Source: Marsupella aquatica (Eukaryota > Plantae > Marchantiophyta). Taken from it: a DNA stretch of 64,000 nt. The translations under genes were made by a program, and so were the position numbers. Positions 26,690-45,000 of the stretch are shown here, piece by piece (positions within the stretch are counted from its first letter, which is position 1; the number at the start of each line of letters is the position of its first letter). The DNA is taken from positions 2,219,659 through 2,283,658 of the forward strand of contig OZ316895.1 of assembly GCA_973895155.1 (NCBI GenBank). The letters are read 5' to 3'. Under the pieces are notes generated by a model. It was not told where the DNA came from, ran no database searches, and saw nothing but the letters and a program-made list of their open reading frames with translations.

Positions 26690-28276
26690 CTAAGATTTCT
26701 CTACAAACATGGACGATATGCCCGACTTCATCACGCCATCTCCCGTATTCCCTACAACGTCCTCAAGTTTAGGAATGAAATAGATTTTCCTAATTCCCAA
26801 GCGGGGCTACTACAGCTGGAATATTTCACAGCGATCACCAGGCCGAAGTCCACAATCAACCATTATGGCCCCAGATGTATCATACGGACCACAACTCTGG
26901 GTGAATAAGATAAAACTTTCTAAGCCATGGGATTTACAAGACTTCCATGAACACTTGTTGGAGGCAACACAGGCAGCTGAGTAGAATCTGATTGCATGCA
27001 TCTACTTGGGTCACCGAAGAAGTCTCTCGATCGTGTTCTCAAGCCCAGTATTGGCACAAATTAGCACCATCTCGAGGCCAAATAATGCATGCGGCGAGTT
27101 CTTGGTCGTCTCCAGGACCAGCATAATCACACGAGTCACAAGGACCTTGCTTAATAGTTCCACGTTGAGGCATGCCAGGTGTCTTCCGTTACGAACGTAG
27201 GCGTGAGTCAATATACAGATAAGTTCGCCTTCAGCTTGAGCCAAAAGATTCCTGTCATGATGTCTGTTCGTTCTCTCGAGCTATGGAGGTTTGTTGTGAA
27301 GACCATACTTTACATCGTCGGATCACTTGCACTCGGGCTGCTTTGTATAAAGTGCACGAGCACTTCACTACGTGTAAGCCTGGCTTCGCCCGCTCTTCGA
27401 TCATGTTATCGTCTCCTCAAGCAGTAGTAGCATTTGGTTCAACACATAAAATTCCTCCTCAATGTAATGTTGGGAAGTGGCAAATGAATGGCAAGGACGA
27501 GGACGAAGACGAAGACTTCGACTTCTGGAAGGGTGGCTTGTACCCTCAACACAACTTATCTTCACGGTATAATTTCAAGAAGCTCAGGTTTCACCAGCAA
27601 CATTAGCTGGCGAAGAGGAAGCAGCAGTCAGAGTCACAGTCACAGAGGAAAGCGTATCAGCAGCAGCAGAAACAGCACAAGTCCCAGGAGCAAAAGAAGC
27701 AGCAGTCACAGTCACAGTCACAGTCACAGAGGAAGCGCATCAGCAGCAGCAGAAATAGCACAAGTCTCAGGAGCAAAAGAATCATCAGCAGCAGCCACAG
27801 CCACAATCACAAAGGAAAACGTAGCAGCAGCAGTCAAAAGCAAACCTAACAAGGGGAAGGGGAAGCAGAGGACTGCAACAGAACCAGCAGGAGAGGAAGC
27901 AGCAGCAGCCAAAGTCAAAGTCACAACCAAGAATCGGAAAAAAGCAGAACTGGAATTTCCACCAGCAGCCACAGATTCCCGTCAAGAAGCAGCAGCCATA
28001 CCCAAGGATGTGTATGAGAACCAGGAGAATGAGCTGAAGGTGTACATGAGGAGCCAAGAAGAAAAGGTTCGGAGAGAGAGTAGAAGTAAAACCACGGGCA
28101 GTTCCAGCAGTACAAGTTCTAATGAATATAGCAGCCCAAACGCCCAAACAGCAGACACAGCAGCCCAAAAAACCAGAAGCAGAAGTCCAAGGAATACAGC
28201 AGACAGTACTACAAGATTCCATGTGACAATTCCTCGGCAACGACTTCGTCTGGGAATCTTCAAATCCAAATACTGA
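26690..28276 (+). pseudogene. Degenerate coding-like region ending in a Gln/Ser/Ala-rich low-complexity tract
   Basis: Coding-like frames are broken by stops. CAG and CAGTCA microsatellite runs occupy about 27600-28200, and the Gln-rich frame is interrupted by TAG at 27604. No recognisable domain. Confidence 0.35.
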
Positions 28277-28353
28277 AGAGTAGAAGAAACATTCCTTGGG
28301 GGCACTTGCTCAAGTTTTGGGCCATTCGATCTTCAAACCCGCACATTTATGAG

Positions 28354-29471
28354 TCATTGTTCGGATTCCTGGGCAACAGCTTCAGCCTCAGCTTGGGCCA
28401 TGGGATCATCCGCTACCTCTTCTTCCATTTCCCCATCTTTCCCAGCTGCAATAAGCTTTCGTTCCTCTTCTTCCGCTGCCTTTACCCTAGCGTCGTGCTC
28501 AGCTTGCAGCTTCTGTAACTCTTCCTCTTGTTGTTGTCGGTCAAACCATGTGTCTGCATCTGCCCAAACTGGAAACCCAAAACCCAAAACCCAAACCCAA
28601 TCAATCGTTTACAAAAAGGAGAACTTTCTAAACCTAAATGAGTAGAAAGTAGTCAATTGCCCAGTGTGGCCACTGCACTTCTATGATCTGAAGAACTGAC
28701 TAAGATCAAGCTCCAATCCCAGAAAAAAATATCTAAACGCTCATGGCACCGATCAATCGAACGGCAAAGTGAGTCGGGAGAGAGTGGGCACCTGGTTGGG
28801 AAGCCCATCCCTGCTCTCCACCTTTGATCTTCATTGGCTGAGCATAATTGACGGTCAGCACACGCCCATAAAGTTCAGCGTTGTGCATATTATCCATGGC
28901 TGCCGCCGCATCTTCCTTCTCCATATACGTCACAAAGGAAAACCCACGGTGTTTTTGCGTGGCTTGATCCAGCGGCATGCTTACATCCTTCACATCCCCA
29001 AATGGAATGAACGCAGCATGCAAGACTCCTTCTGTCACATTCTCTTCTAATCCACCTGCATATATCAATAAAAATAACTCATTTCCAAGTCTGGAACGAA
29101 CTCTCCACTCATCAATGACACTGCGAAACCCAAATCCCGAAAAAAAAACCGCAACATTGCAATTCATAACAGAAACAGGAACAGGAACAGACGCCGTTTG
29201 TGGATGGAGAACGCTAAAACAAAATTTCTACCTCTCCATTAAGCATAGAACAATAAACAGCTACCAGCATTTTCCCATGCCCTAAGGACGAACGGTATGA
29301 ACCGCACGACTCTGCACTGAAAATCTTGCATCGGATTCCCTTCCTTTGACCTAACTGGATGGAAAAGCCTTAGGCAATAGAACTCTCTCTAAAGGCGGAC
29401 AAAGAAGTCAAAGAAGAAGAGTTTATGATGAAAGAGTTACCAACGTATAGAGTAGTCTTGGGGTTGGCCAT
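28354..29471 (-). CDS. Cyclophilin-E/CYP33-like RRM protein without a PPIase domain. Exons 29471-29441, 29055-28792, 28568-28354
   Basis: MANPKTTLYVG|GLEENVTE... with RNP2 LYVGGL, RNP1-like RGFSFVTY, ELYGRVLTVNYA and QP|VWADADTWF. Introns are GT-AG and phase-consistent. Confidence 0.92.
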
Positions 29472-30297
29472 GACGACCAATGACGATGAACTCTCCGGGC
29501 TTCACAGTCTTGTCTGGCAGGCAGTCTGGCGCACGATACACAAACCGCCTCAGCAATCAGAAAGTCCTGTATGTCCATAAAAGGCCGAAGGCCAGACCGT
29601 CCTCAGTGGATCAATGCCGTATCATTCAAGCCCAATACAACTGCCCTATCAGACAAATAGTTTGACGACAAGAAATTCATCCCAACAATTGTCCAGCGCA
29701 TCTCCCCTGCTACAAGTGTTACACTGCAAAAATTGGATCAGAATTCAAAACAAGTGACTAACTGAATGAATGTGTTTCAACTTCAAGCCATTTGTGGCGG
29801 CACCCTTGCTGGTACTTAACATCCCGTCCCCGTTTGCACACAGAGGAGGACCGTCAGCGACAACACTGCCTGAATCCTATTCATTTCGTCTGTTCTGAGG
29901 GTGGACAATTTCACCAAATCGAGTACGCGACGTACTTAAGCAGTGTAAGCCATAGTGCCGAGCACACTGAAATCAATTCACTTTAAAACAAGGACCGGAG
30001 AAAAGAGTGTCAAGGAAGGAAGAATGATACATGCGAGGGTGGAAATGTGACCTCAATGTCGACTGAGTGAATGTGCGCGTCTTCGGAAGCGCAAGCTTTG
30101 CTTCTGCCAAAACCCCTGTCAGCTCTGCCCTGAAGCCTCCTTGCTCATAAACCCTTACAACACAGTCCACCGTGAAAAACCGATGTTGGCCTTCTCGTAA
30201 GTACTGTAACTGAAAGCATTCGTTGAGTTCTGCGGCAGGTTCTTAATCTAAATCCTCCCATGTTCTCTCTTTCTTTCCCCTATTAATTTCAGTCCAC

Positions 30298-30417
30298 GGG
30301 TGAGAATCGAAGAGGGCCATCTCCACACCTCCAGGAAAAAAATCAAATACCTCCAAAGTATTTTCGAACGAGGTTTGAAGAGGCCACTCCCCCTCTTCGA
30401 GTGCACTTTCCTCACCC
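30298..30417. repeat. Imperfect foldback (inverted repeat)
   Basis: GGGTGAG..TCGAAGAGGG..ACCTC pairs with GAGGT..CCCTCTTCGA..CTCACCC. Confidence 0.5.
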
Positions 30418-32403
30418 TTTATTTTTAAGAGTTTCTGTTTCGTCTCGTCTCTACTCGGATGGGTTAGTCATCAGCAACAAATTTATATTTTTTATTTTTT
30501 ATATTTTTGTTATTTATTTTATCATCAACAAATTGATGATGGGATGGATCACAACTTGTAACCATGAATTTAAATGGACAGTAGCCCCGACACCCATTTG
30601 TTGAAAGTGAAAAGAGAAGAAGACAATAAAAGTGTCAACAAAATATATTTACTATTCTCATTCTTTAAAGGTTAATGAAATGATAAAACACCATCATGCC
30701 TAGGCCCCGTCAATCACCCCATCAATCATACATATCATAACATTTGCACATATAGTATGGTGGGGTCCTTCACTCTAGAAGCCTATAATTTACCTCTAGC
30801 TTCCCTTTGCACTCTGAGATCCAATAGTGTAGAATTAAATCTTACATGCATACCCTATTACCGAGCCTATTACAAGTTAGCTTATGCAAGGTGTTAGTTG
30901 GAGACCTCTCCAACCAACCCCCACCCCTTGCAATTGAGCTAGACCAAGTGAAGTAGCTCAACTGGAATATCTTAGTACACAGAATGGAGCTGGACCATGT
31001 GAGCTGGACTATGTGAAGTAGCTCAACTGGATACACAAAACTGGAGCTAGACCAGGTAACAAAGCTCATCTGAAATAACATCTTAGTACACAAAACTGAA
31101 TAAGTAGAGGATTGAAGCAATGTTGAGAATTATCTTTCTTCTGAATAATTTCTTTTGGATAAAATGGACCAAATGGTTTATAAAGAGTCAAGCAGAGTAA
31201 AAGCAAAAGAGGTTGGAAACAGCAAACTCAAAATACTTTAGAAGAGGGCAAAAGCAACCTCCAAACTGAGCAATGATGCTTGGAAAATCAACCACTGCCA
31301 CAGTGTGATACTCTAATGGTAGACATCTACTGTAGTCACTAAGTCTGCAAGTGGAACATGGATGGTGGCACTTTTGGATCTCAAAGTGGCTATGTCCATG
31401 ATAGTGTAATAGTACACATCTGGTGTAGTCACTAGAGTGTATCACAGCACTGCCATAAGCTAGGTCTTACGGCTAAAAGTTTTTGGGCATACCATCCTTA
31501 TGGGGCATGTATTTAGGTAGCCTGTAATGTTTTTGTCCTGGCCATAAGAGCATTTTTTTATGTCCTTGGCTGCAACTTAATCCATGCCTTGCTTTGACAA
31601 CCCTACTAAGTCTGCAACTGGAACATGGATGGTGCCTGTTTGTAGGGTTTGACTTGCTAAGACGTATGGATAATGTGCTGTGATAAGTCTGACGAAAGGG
31701 TTGCATTTAACAGACCCACCATCTGTGCAATTTGCTTTTGTACTATGTGTACATGTTATCCCTGCTACAGGGTGAGGCCCACCCGACGGCATCATTGTAT
31801 ATTGAAGTGGCTGCACAAATCTTACAAATCTTACTGTGTCATAAAACACCCATCCAGTCTTTCATTCTTGGCATCGAATCCTTCCTTTTTGGGCTGGCGC
31901 CATTGGGAAATACTATTTAATTTTTGGAGAGAAACGGCCCAAAGGCCCAAAAGTCAATTGAACTGAGTCATATGCCAAAATGCACTCTTGTCACTATGTT
32001 CATAATCATAACATTGTGGGCTCATTTATCCTGGGCCTCGACACATTAGGTGTTGCTATCTGTTCAAGGTTACAACACTCATCAATGTTGTTTCTCAGAA
32101 CATTGCCTGCTGTAATCCAGCTGATGCAGTTGTCATTAAAAAGTGTAGAATGGGGGTTGATTTTCTGAAATTCAGCACTGGGTGTGAAGTATCAGGAAGG
32201 AGAGTGCCAGGAACAGTGGCATCGGTATTCAATGCTAAAACAACTGACTCCGGGGACTGCATATAAACTAAACTGGTGATTCTCCTCAAAGATGGGCTGA
32301 AATTTCATTTCACTATAAAATAAATTAATTAATCCCTGTTCGCGATCATTTACCCCAATCAAACGCCAAAACTTTGCTACACCTAATACTCATCTCAACT
32401 TTG

Positions 32404-36952
<4,549 letters not shown>

Positions 36953-37719
36953 CTCTCCCTTCTTTTGCTCAACAATGGTCGCTCCTCGTGTCTTTCCCCT
37001 GTTCTCTATCAGCTACAACATTTCTTCTTTCCGTTCGCCGTTCGCACTCGTAAGCGAGAGCAGAGTCATGGAGCCAGAGACACAGATTTGTGCCGAGGGA
37101 TCGGAGTACAAGTGATGATATCCTTACAAACGAGGGAATTCTCGGGGTAGGATTTTGCTGGTATACCTTTTTACTAACCTGTCCCTACCTGAATTATATA
37201 AGGTGTCCCCAAACAATTTTATTCAGTGACCTGATCCCCATTTGGTATATGGGTTAGTCTAAAACCTGTCCCCCATATTACGGGAATTTAATGAGGTGTC
37301 CCCCATATTACGAATTTTATGAGGTGTCCCGAACAATTTGGTTTATTAACAAGACCCCAATTTGTAATTCACCTCGAATGAAATATCAAGGCTCATTAGT
37401 GAGCCTCGCACTCAGTAAAACAAAACCTTTGTTCCTTCAAATATCATTAGTGAGCCTCTCATTTTTTGTCTTTCTTTCAGTAAAAATGATGTTTTTGGGT
37501 CTCATTTGTTTGTGCTACAGCAAATTTTGGCTGCACTTGTAGGCCTGGAGCTCCTGGACGGCAGGACGGGGAAGGAGGAGATAAGTAGGTCTTGGGGGCC
37601 TCAGACTCCCTAGAATGTAATAAAAATATTATCATTTTTCCCCTACAAAGTATGAGTATTCTTGGAATATTCTAAAATTTTGATCTTAAAACCATCCACT
37701 AATGTTTTTACATTCTAGA

Positions 37720-38120
37720 ACCAATAAAATGACCCATTGGTTTGTCGCAAGTCATGTGCCAATTATGTGATAGTGAAACCCCCAAGCATATAGTGGGGCA
37801 ATATATACTACCCCATATACAAAATGGGGGTCAGGTTCATAAATAAATTTGTTTGGGAGACACCTTACTAAATTTTAATAGTTTGGAGGACAGGTTAGCA
37901 AAAATGTTGTTTGCTGGTAATCTCAAAATATGCATGACTGAGCTGGTGAAAAGTCTGACAGTGCCTGTCGTTGGGAAGGACGGTGACCCTTTGAGGGCCG
38001 GGATTCTTGGGGTCTCACTATATGGAGGACTCCCCATCACCTGCAATGTTTTGAGGCCACAGACTCCCTGTAAAATTTGAATATTCTTGGATATAGCATG
38101 CTCATCCTGGAACATGGTTT
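37720..38120 (-). mobile_element. Possible PIF/Harbinger transposase relic
   Basis: Weak decayed matches in order: LQGVCG (cf. FPGCxGAIDG), KGSPS (cf. KGxxS) and PHYMLGG (cf. PYYLLGD). Confidence 0.3.
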
Positions 38121-41100
38121 ACTTTTTGTCTTGTAGTGATATTAAGTGGACAAAATTAAAGAGTAAGACTAGAATACATATTAAATATGAATGAAATCAA
38201 ATAATATAAATAAAGTACATGGCACATAGTGACCAATGGAAAGTACAATTTTATTACACAAAGTTGCTACGAGTTGTACACAATGAAATCAAATAATATA
38301 AATAAAGCACATGCAATAAAAGCACATAATGACCAATGGAAAACAAAAGCACATAGTGACCAATGGAAAGTACAATTTTATGACACAAAGATGCTACTAC
38401 TGGTGCACATATTCAATGTGTCTTATTAATGACTCTTATTTTAATAAAAACCATAAACTTAGGAAAGAAAGCCACAAGGGGAGCTTAAGAGAGGATGTGC
38501 TGACATTACTTAGAATCGTTCCTCTCACTCATGAGTATACTTAAAAGGCGTAGAAAGTGAAGCCCTTAGTTTCTCTCTAGGACTTAACAAAGTTTAAAAA
38601 TTAAGGGGGTTGCCAAAATAAATTCAAAATACTATAGGATACCAAAAATTTTAAAGGGGTCCAAAAATGAATTAAAAGTCTATGTGATACAAAGGATGCC
38701 CCTTGTTAGGTACATTCAAATAAAAATTCATGATACACAAATATGAATAAGACAAAACATGAGAGTTGGATTCACCATATAGCAGCTTCAAAATTATTCC
38801 AAAAATTGTATGAAAAAGTCTCTAACTTTCTTACAAGTTGAAAAATTGGATTTTAAAAGATCATATTGTTCTTTTGAGAAATTATTAATTTTTCACTTAG
38901 AATCAATCGAATTGACCTTGTCCTTCGTTGCACGTGATGTGCCATTTTTGTGGAAGTGAAACCCCTAAGCCGGGATTGGGAGCGAATGTAACCCTGACAG
39001 GGTGGCTCGACTGCCCCATGTGACTACTAAAACTAGCCCCACTAAAGTTGCTTTGTTGAGAGCACTTCCACTAGCTTGCCAAACAAATCGGCCAAGAGAG
39101 TTCATGGCAGGCTTGGCTCACCATAATTATCCAAAAATGCCCTGCCACACTTCAAGTGAATGTGAAAAAATCATAGTAAACTGGCATGTTTCCCACTTTG
39201 CCCTGGGGTACTCCTAATAACACTCAACAACTAAGCAGGACAAGTGAGGTTCTTGAATTGAGCATCATCCTGCCTAGATGTGCAAGATCCCAGTTTTTAG
39301 ATATTCAAGGTTGGTTATGGATACAGAAGTTTGTTACATGACAACAATTCTATAGATGGACAATTATTGGGCCACACAACTATAAATTAACTGAGGGTAT
39401 CATAGTTATTGTTATAATCCTTAGATTATACTTCCAACCCCTAAGTTGGTAACTTCTTTTGAATGTACTAAGTGTCAATGTAATAAATGCCAATGTAATA
39501 ATAAAGCACTATCCAAGGTTAGGATAGGTGTCTACACTGAAGCCCGGCACTGAAGCCTCTAGACCATGACTGGGGGCACAAGTATGGTTAGGGATGGAAC
39601 TCAAAACAACTACTATACTCACCATCTATTTGTACCAACAAAGCTTTGGCACTAGGCTATTTTTCAGCATAAGTATAGTCTCTTAATTTGCATACAGAAT
39701 GCTGGTTACCAATGCATAGTCATTTTTGGCAATACTTATTCATATAATCTCTTGCCTAAAAGTAACCCTTTTCTGGACAATAAGCACATATTACAATGGA
39801 GGTATGGGAAGAGGTATTCTATGTTGCAAGCAAACAGGAGATTTTGATAGCGAGGAGATTTGATAGCAAGACAATAATGATTCCAAATTTCAGTTACTTT
39901 TTGGTGCCTTTTACATTTTTTGTGTTTTTTTAAAGATTCCAGATTGCTAACGAGCTTGCTAGCAAAAAGGGAGTCCCCAAAAGGGATGTTAGCAACCAGG
40001 TAGTTGATAGCGAGGTAGTTGCATGTAGAAAAATAGGGGTCATGCAGGAAATTTTTTTGCTCGTGCGAGGAATATTTTTACTGTTTGCTCGCATGTTACA
40101 ATTACTCGGGTGGGAAGGAGTTCTAGTCTGAGCCTGAGCCTGAGCCCCTACACAAGAAAATTCAAAAAAGCTTGTGTGAATTTACGAAGAGCTCCATATC
40201 CATAATTCTTGTCAGGAAGAAAAGTTACTGGTGTGTAATCTTTTCTACTAGGTACCACCATTTCCATAATCCTGTGTCCATAAAGTCTTGCCCGGTAATA
40301 GTTTTCCGGTAGGTATTACTTATGATAATGATTGTTTGGGCTGGGGTTATTGTATGAAACCTGTTCCCACAAAGTTCACAAAAACTTTCAGGGTCGGTCA
40401 GCATTTCCTCACTTTCTGTCACACAGTAATTTATAATTTACTCACTTTCTGGTCTAAGGGTCATTTCCTCACTTTCTGGTGACCTCACTATCTGGTCCCA
40501 AGGAAGGAGACTAGTAACCCCAGACTAGTAACCCCAGATTAATCAGTCATTACCTACATCACTAGTTGATACCTGGTGCACACACGAACTCCCCAAAATT
40601 AGGACACTCTCATTATCAACGTCTGCCTGCACTATGCGTCAATTTCTTGTCCGAAGAGAAAGACTATTCCGTAACTAACAACTGGAAACACGGTCCATCG
40701 ATACCCTCCATTTCGAATAGATTCCAGGAATGTCCAGATCGTAGCCGTTCCAGGATAGTTCCTTCGCAAATTCGCATTTAGGACAATCGTCGATGAGTCG
40801 ACAGGCTTCAGAGCTCTAGGCGCTACAATGGTCGTCGAAAGACCTCAGACCTCAATTGCCACTAGTACTTTGTACATACTCCATAGTCACGTCTTCTTTG
40901 CGTGATTCGTTTTAGTGACAGACTCATTTTTTCTTTGCATCCTTGCTTTGCGCAATAGTAGCTCCCATTGCGCAATAGTAGCTCCCATTGCGCACAAGCA
41001 GTCCTTCGCTGATCCGCTTTCTGTGGAAAACGACAACAAGCCAACTTACTCTTCCTCTACTTCGCTCGACTGTTCAGCATTGTGCTGCAGCAGAGTCATG

Positions 41101-42066
41101 TTGGCTCTGTCTGATCTCTGTACAGAGATTGCAATCTTGTCCCATCCGACCGTTGAGCACCTGATGAGACTCTGCAGAATCAAACGATCCTACTACTGTA
41201 AGCTCTTTATCATTCGTTGCCCCGTTCTTCTTCTTGTAATTCTTTTGGTACTGTTTCTCGAGTGTAGTTGTCTAATCCCCCTGTGCGTACTCAAGCAGGC
41301 TCTCTTCCTATGTCTGCCTGGACGCAAACTTTATATAAGCATTTTCTCTTTGATTTCTCGATTGACTATTCCATTGATTAGTTGATCTCCATCTAGGTCA
41401 GTCGCTCATTCATTTGCCTTTGTGCATTTTGGACTTGTACCTCTTTCTCTCCCATTGACCAACCTGAAAGGTGTACTTTATGATTGTTGCATGCAATAAC
41501 TGGAAAGATACCCCTCTGGTGAATTGTCTGGCTGCCCCGGCATGATGCTTGCTTGTGTTTCGTTTGTAGCTTGTCAGTAGCGGATTCGAGAATTGGAGTT
41601 CGCAGTCTCCTATTGTGAAAGGTTGGGATTTGGAGAAGGACGACAGGAGGAGGAGACTGCATCGACGGAAGTGTGTGAAGGAAAAAAAAATATCGGCGAG
41701 AGAGGAGAGAGGACGAGTGAGTAGATCTACGGTGGAGACTCCATTTCGACAGAAAGCGTTGTCTGCGAAAGAGAAATTTGAAGAGACGGAGCGGTGGATT
41801 GTGGTGTTGTGATGCCGATTGTCGAGATTGGGGAGTGAGAGCGTGAATGATGGACGGCGGTGGACAATATTAATGGGGTTGAAGCATTTCTGCAGCTCTT
41901 ACACAGCGCGATATGATGGAATGTGCGTTTGTAGATGCAAGTCTCAAAAGAAGAGGAGATGAGGATGGAATATGGCACAAACGCAAATTGAATGGACGAG
42001 GCGATCGGGAGATTGGCAGCCATCCATGCTGACTATTCAATTTTCTAGTGCCACGCCTATTAAGGC

Positions 42067-45000
42067 ATGGCTGCCCTGGCTCCCCCTCCCTATCGACCTT
42101 CACCCGCTGTTCACACGAACACCGCGCCTTCCTCAACAACGCCGAGTAATTCTGCAATGCCCTCCAAGAAACAGGAGAATTTAGCTGCTGGACGTCGCCG
42201 GGTAAGTCTCGTTTCCCTGTCGATCCAGGAGTGTTGCCGATCAGTTCTCCGTTTGGTTGCCTCTGTCGACAATGGTGCCCTTAGCGGCAGTTTGGTGCCT
42301 ATAGTGGAGATTAGGGCCGATAGGTCGAGGAGACGGAAATCTTCATTGGATCGACTTGCGCGCATCGTCACTTTTCTTTCTTGTCCACCTCTTCCCCACC
42401 TTGATTCCCTTGTGGTGGGAGCTTCCAGCATTCCAGCATTGCGCCGGGGATGGTTCCATTTTTAAATGAGAATGACGAGATGACAAAGTTTTCTAAAAAG
42501 CTTTCAGTTTACCTTGGTTGCATTGTCTTTACCGGCAGAGGACGATAAAGTATAGAGAGTGAATGCGCACACACATTTTAGGGTTATGAATTTTGAGCGA
42601 ATTTCACAAGTTTAGATCTGTCATTTGGGGCGGACTTTTCCTATTTGTCTAGCATATCTTTCCTCTAACCTCCTGTCTGCAAGTCGCGATACAACTTTTC
42701 TAGTTGAGTTGAAACAGACTGTTGCGCAGTTTGTCAACCTTTCGAAGACCTACTGTGCTTTTGTACACTCTGATTTCAAGCCCAAGAATCTCTGTAACTC
42801 GGTTTTTTGCTGATGGGGACACAAATTGTGCTCTACCAGAAAGGAAGCGTGGCATTAAAATAACTCGTAGGGTCTTACTTAATTTAAGAGGCATTTCGTA
42901 ATCCTTCTGGGATGTCCGGAATTGACAACCCTTGTCGGTGGACGGTATCTCCTGTTGTTAGAAATGAATTCAATAACCTGCCTAATACTTGGGGACAAAA
43001 ATAACTGTTCCATTTGATGAATGTGTGTTGCTTGCTAGTGGGACATTTTGAATAGGGAAGGAGCCAAGGCCGTGTTTTAATTTTGATGCTTATAGCTAGG
43101 ATGTTCTATATTGAGTACGTCGGGTCGTGCAATGACCAACCTCCATTTCCAGCAAAGCAAGTGTTTGTGATGAAGTGTTTGCGATAAACATTGATAGTAT
43201 CATGAGTAATTCAAATTGAGTGATCTTCTTCACGACGTATCTTAAAATTTGGACTTCACAGTGCTGGCTGTGGTGTCGGACTTGCTGCAGTTGGAGGAGT
43301 TCAAACGCAAAAAAGCTGCAGAAAAGGGCAAGAAGACATCAGGTGCTGCCGCGGCCGCCGGAGCAGTTTCTGACCAACCCTCGCAAATTATATCTCAACG
43401 CGAACAACTTTCTGTTCTGCCGACAATTGCGGACTCCCCAGTATCAACAATTAACCAAATTGACTCAAATGGCCATGCTTTTGAAAATTCGCTCAATATT
43501 GACCTCAGTGCGCTCTCCACAACAAACTCATTCCCGTCAGAGCTGCCTCCAGCCATACACCACGAGCACGCCGGTGCAATCCCTGCATTCTCCGAGGGTA
43601 ATCTATCCACTGGGGACGTGTTCCGAAAGGATCCTCAACTGACAGTATTATCCAGCGGTGGCAGTAACAATGATGGAAGTTCAATTAGAGAATCGCACTC
43701 TAATGCGTGGGAGCAATCCAGGACTAAATCGTCTAGAGCAGCCTTCGGAACAACGGATGGAGAATCTGGGTCGTCTAGTCAGGATTCGAAAGCCACAACA
43801 GGGGCTGGTATACCCATACCTCCATTCGGTGCTTCTAGGCCACTATTTGTTCCAGCACCTCCCCCAGCTCGAAAAGAGATTTTTAGCTCGGTCACTTCAG
43901 TCACTGGACATGGAAAACCCGAGACAACGAAGAATCTCGTTGCTGTGCACCCTTCTCCTTTTAACAAGTTATCTTCATCGAGTCAGAGTTTTGAAAATAG
44001 TTTCAAGCCTTCAAGTCAGGATCCGAACGGCGGAAGCCTGGTGATGCTAGACAGAAAGCTAGTTCCAAGCCATAGTTCACGCGAGGAACAGTTCCCTCAA
44101 GGCATCACTGAACCAGAGCAAGAATCAACCTCACCTAAGTCTCAATTGTCAGCTTCGGTGCCGCCCTATGATGGGGTGAGAACTGACTGTGTTATTATTG
44201 GTGAGTTTGCATTCGGAATTTTTGTTTTTCTCAATGCCGCTGCTTTTGATAGTCCTGGGACTTTCGAAGTTGGAGGATAATGGCATTACAGATGATTGTT
44301 TGCGAGTGCTGGACTAATTGCTGTAATATTTGGGGCATTTTCTCACAGATGGGACCACTTCAACTTCAACATCAAATGCCCCAACTCATAGCAACATTTC
44401 TAGTTCTTTGAAACTCAAGTCAGAGAATGAAAAGGGATTAGAGAACCCTGGCACGAATTATTTGTCAAGCACGTTACCTTCCTCAAGAATCAAAACTTCT
44501 TTGAATTTTTCAGAAAGCTCCTCTTTGCCACATCCTTTTGTGTCTGAGGCTACAGCCCCAAAACATCTACCACTTCCTCCACCATTGTTTCGACCATCAA
44601 TCTCTACGTTTAAGCCAGAGCCCTTTGTCCCACCTGTGTTCAAAACAGATTCTGATTCTGGCTCTTCTTTTAGCACCCTGTCTTCAACAGCTCCTGGTGC
44701 CAGTCGCTTTGTAGACAATCCTCTTCCCCGGCTTGGTGCTCCTGCTACCTTTCAGTTTCCCGGAGCATTGTCTGTCATTGATGCGCTTCATGAAAACGGC
44801 AATCCTCTTACTGCTGTGTTGCCCTTGCCCACTTCCTCAGTTGGGGAGATTCGTACTCAACCAATCAAACTGGCAGAACCTGTGGACCAACCGCGCCCGC
44901 TTTGGCCTTCGTCATCTGGGGGAGATGACTTTTCAATGCTGGAGCAGGTAGTGACTCTTAGGTTGTTAACCCGTCGACAAAAATTCAGTGGAGATATTTA

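Noticed and set aside
27000-27610. Stop codons repairable by U-to-C RNA editing
   Set aside because: That editing is known from organelles of hornworts, ferns and some lycophytes. This is nuclear DNA, and ordinary C-to-T decay is a simpler explanation.
40860-41660. Coding-like minus-strand segment upstream of BLI
   Set aside because: Multiple stops, no recognisable domain and no consistent exon chain.
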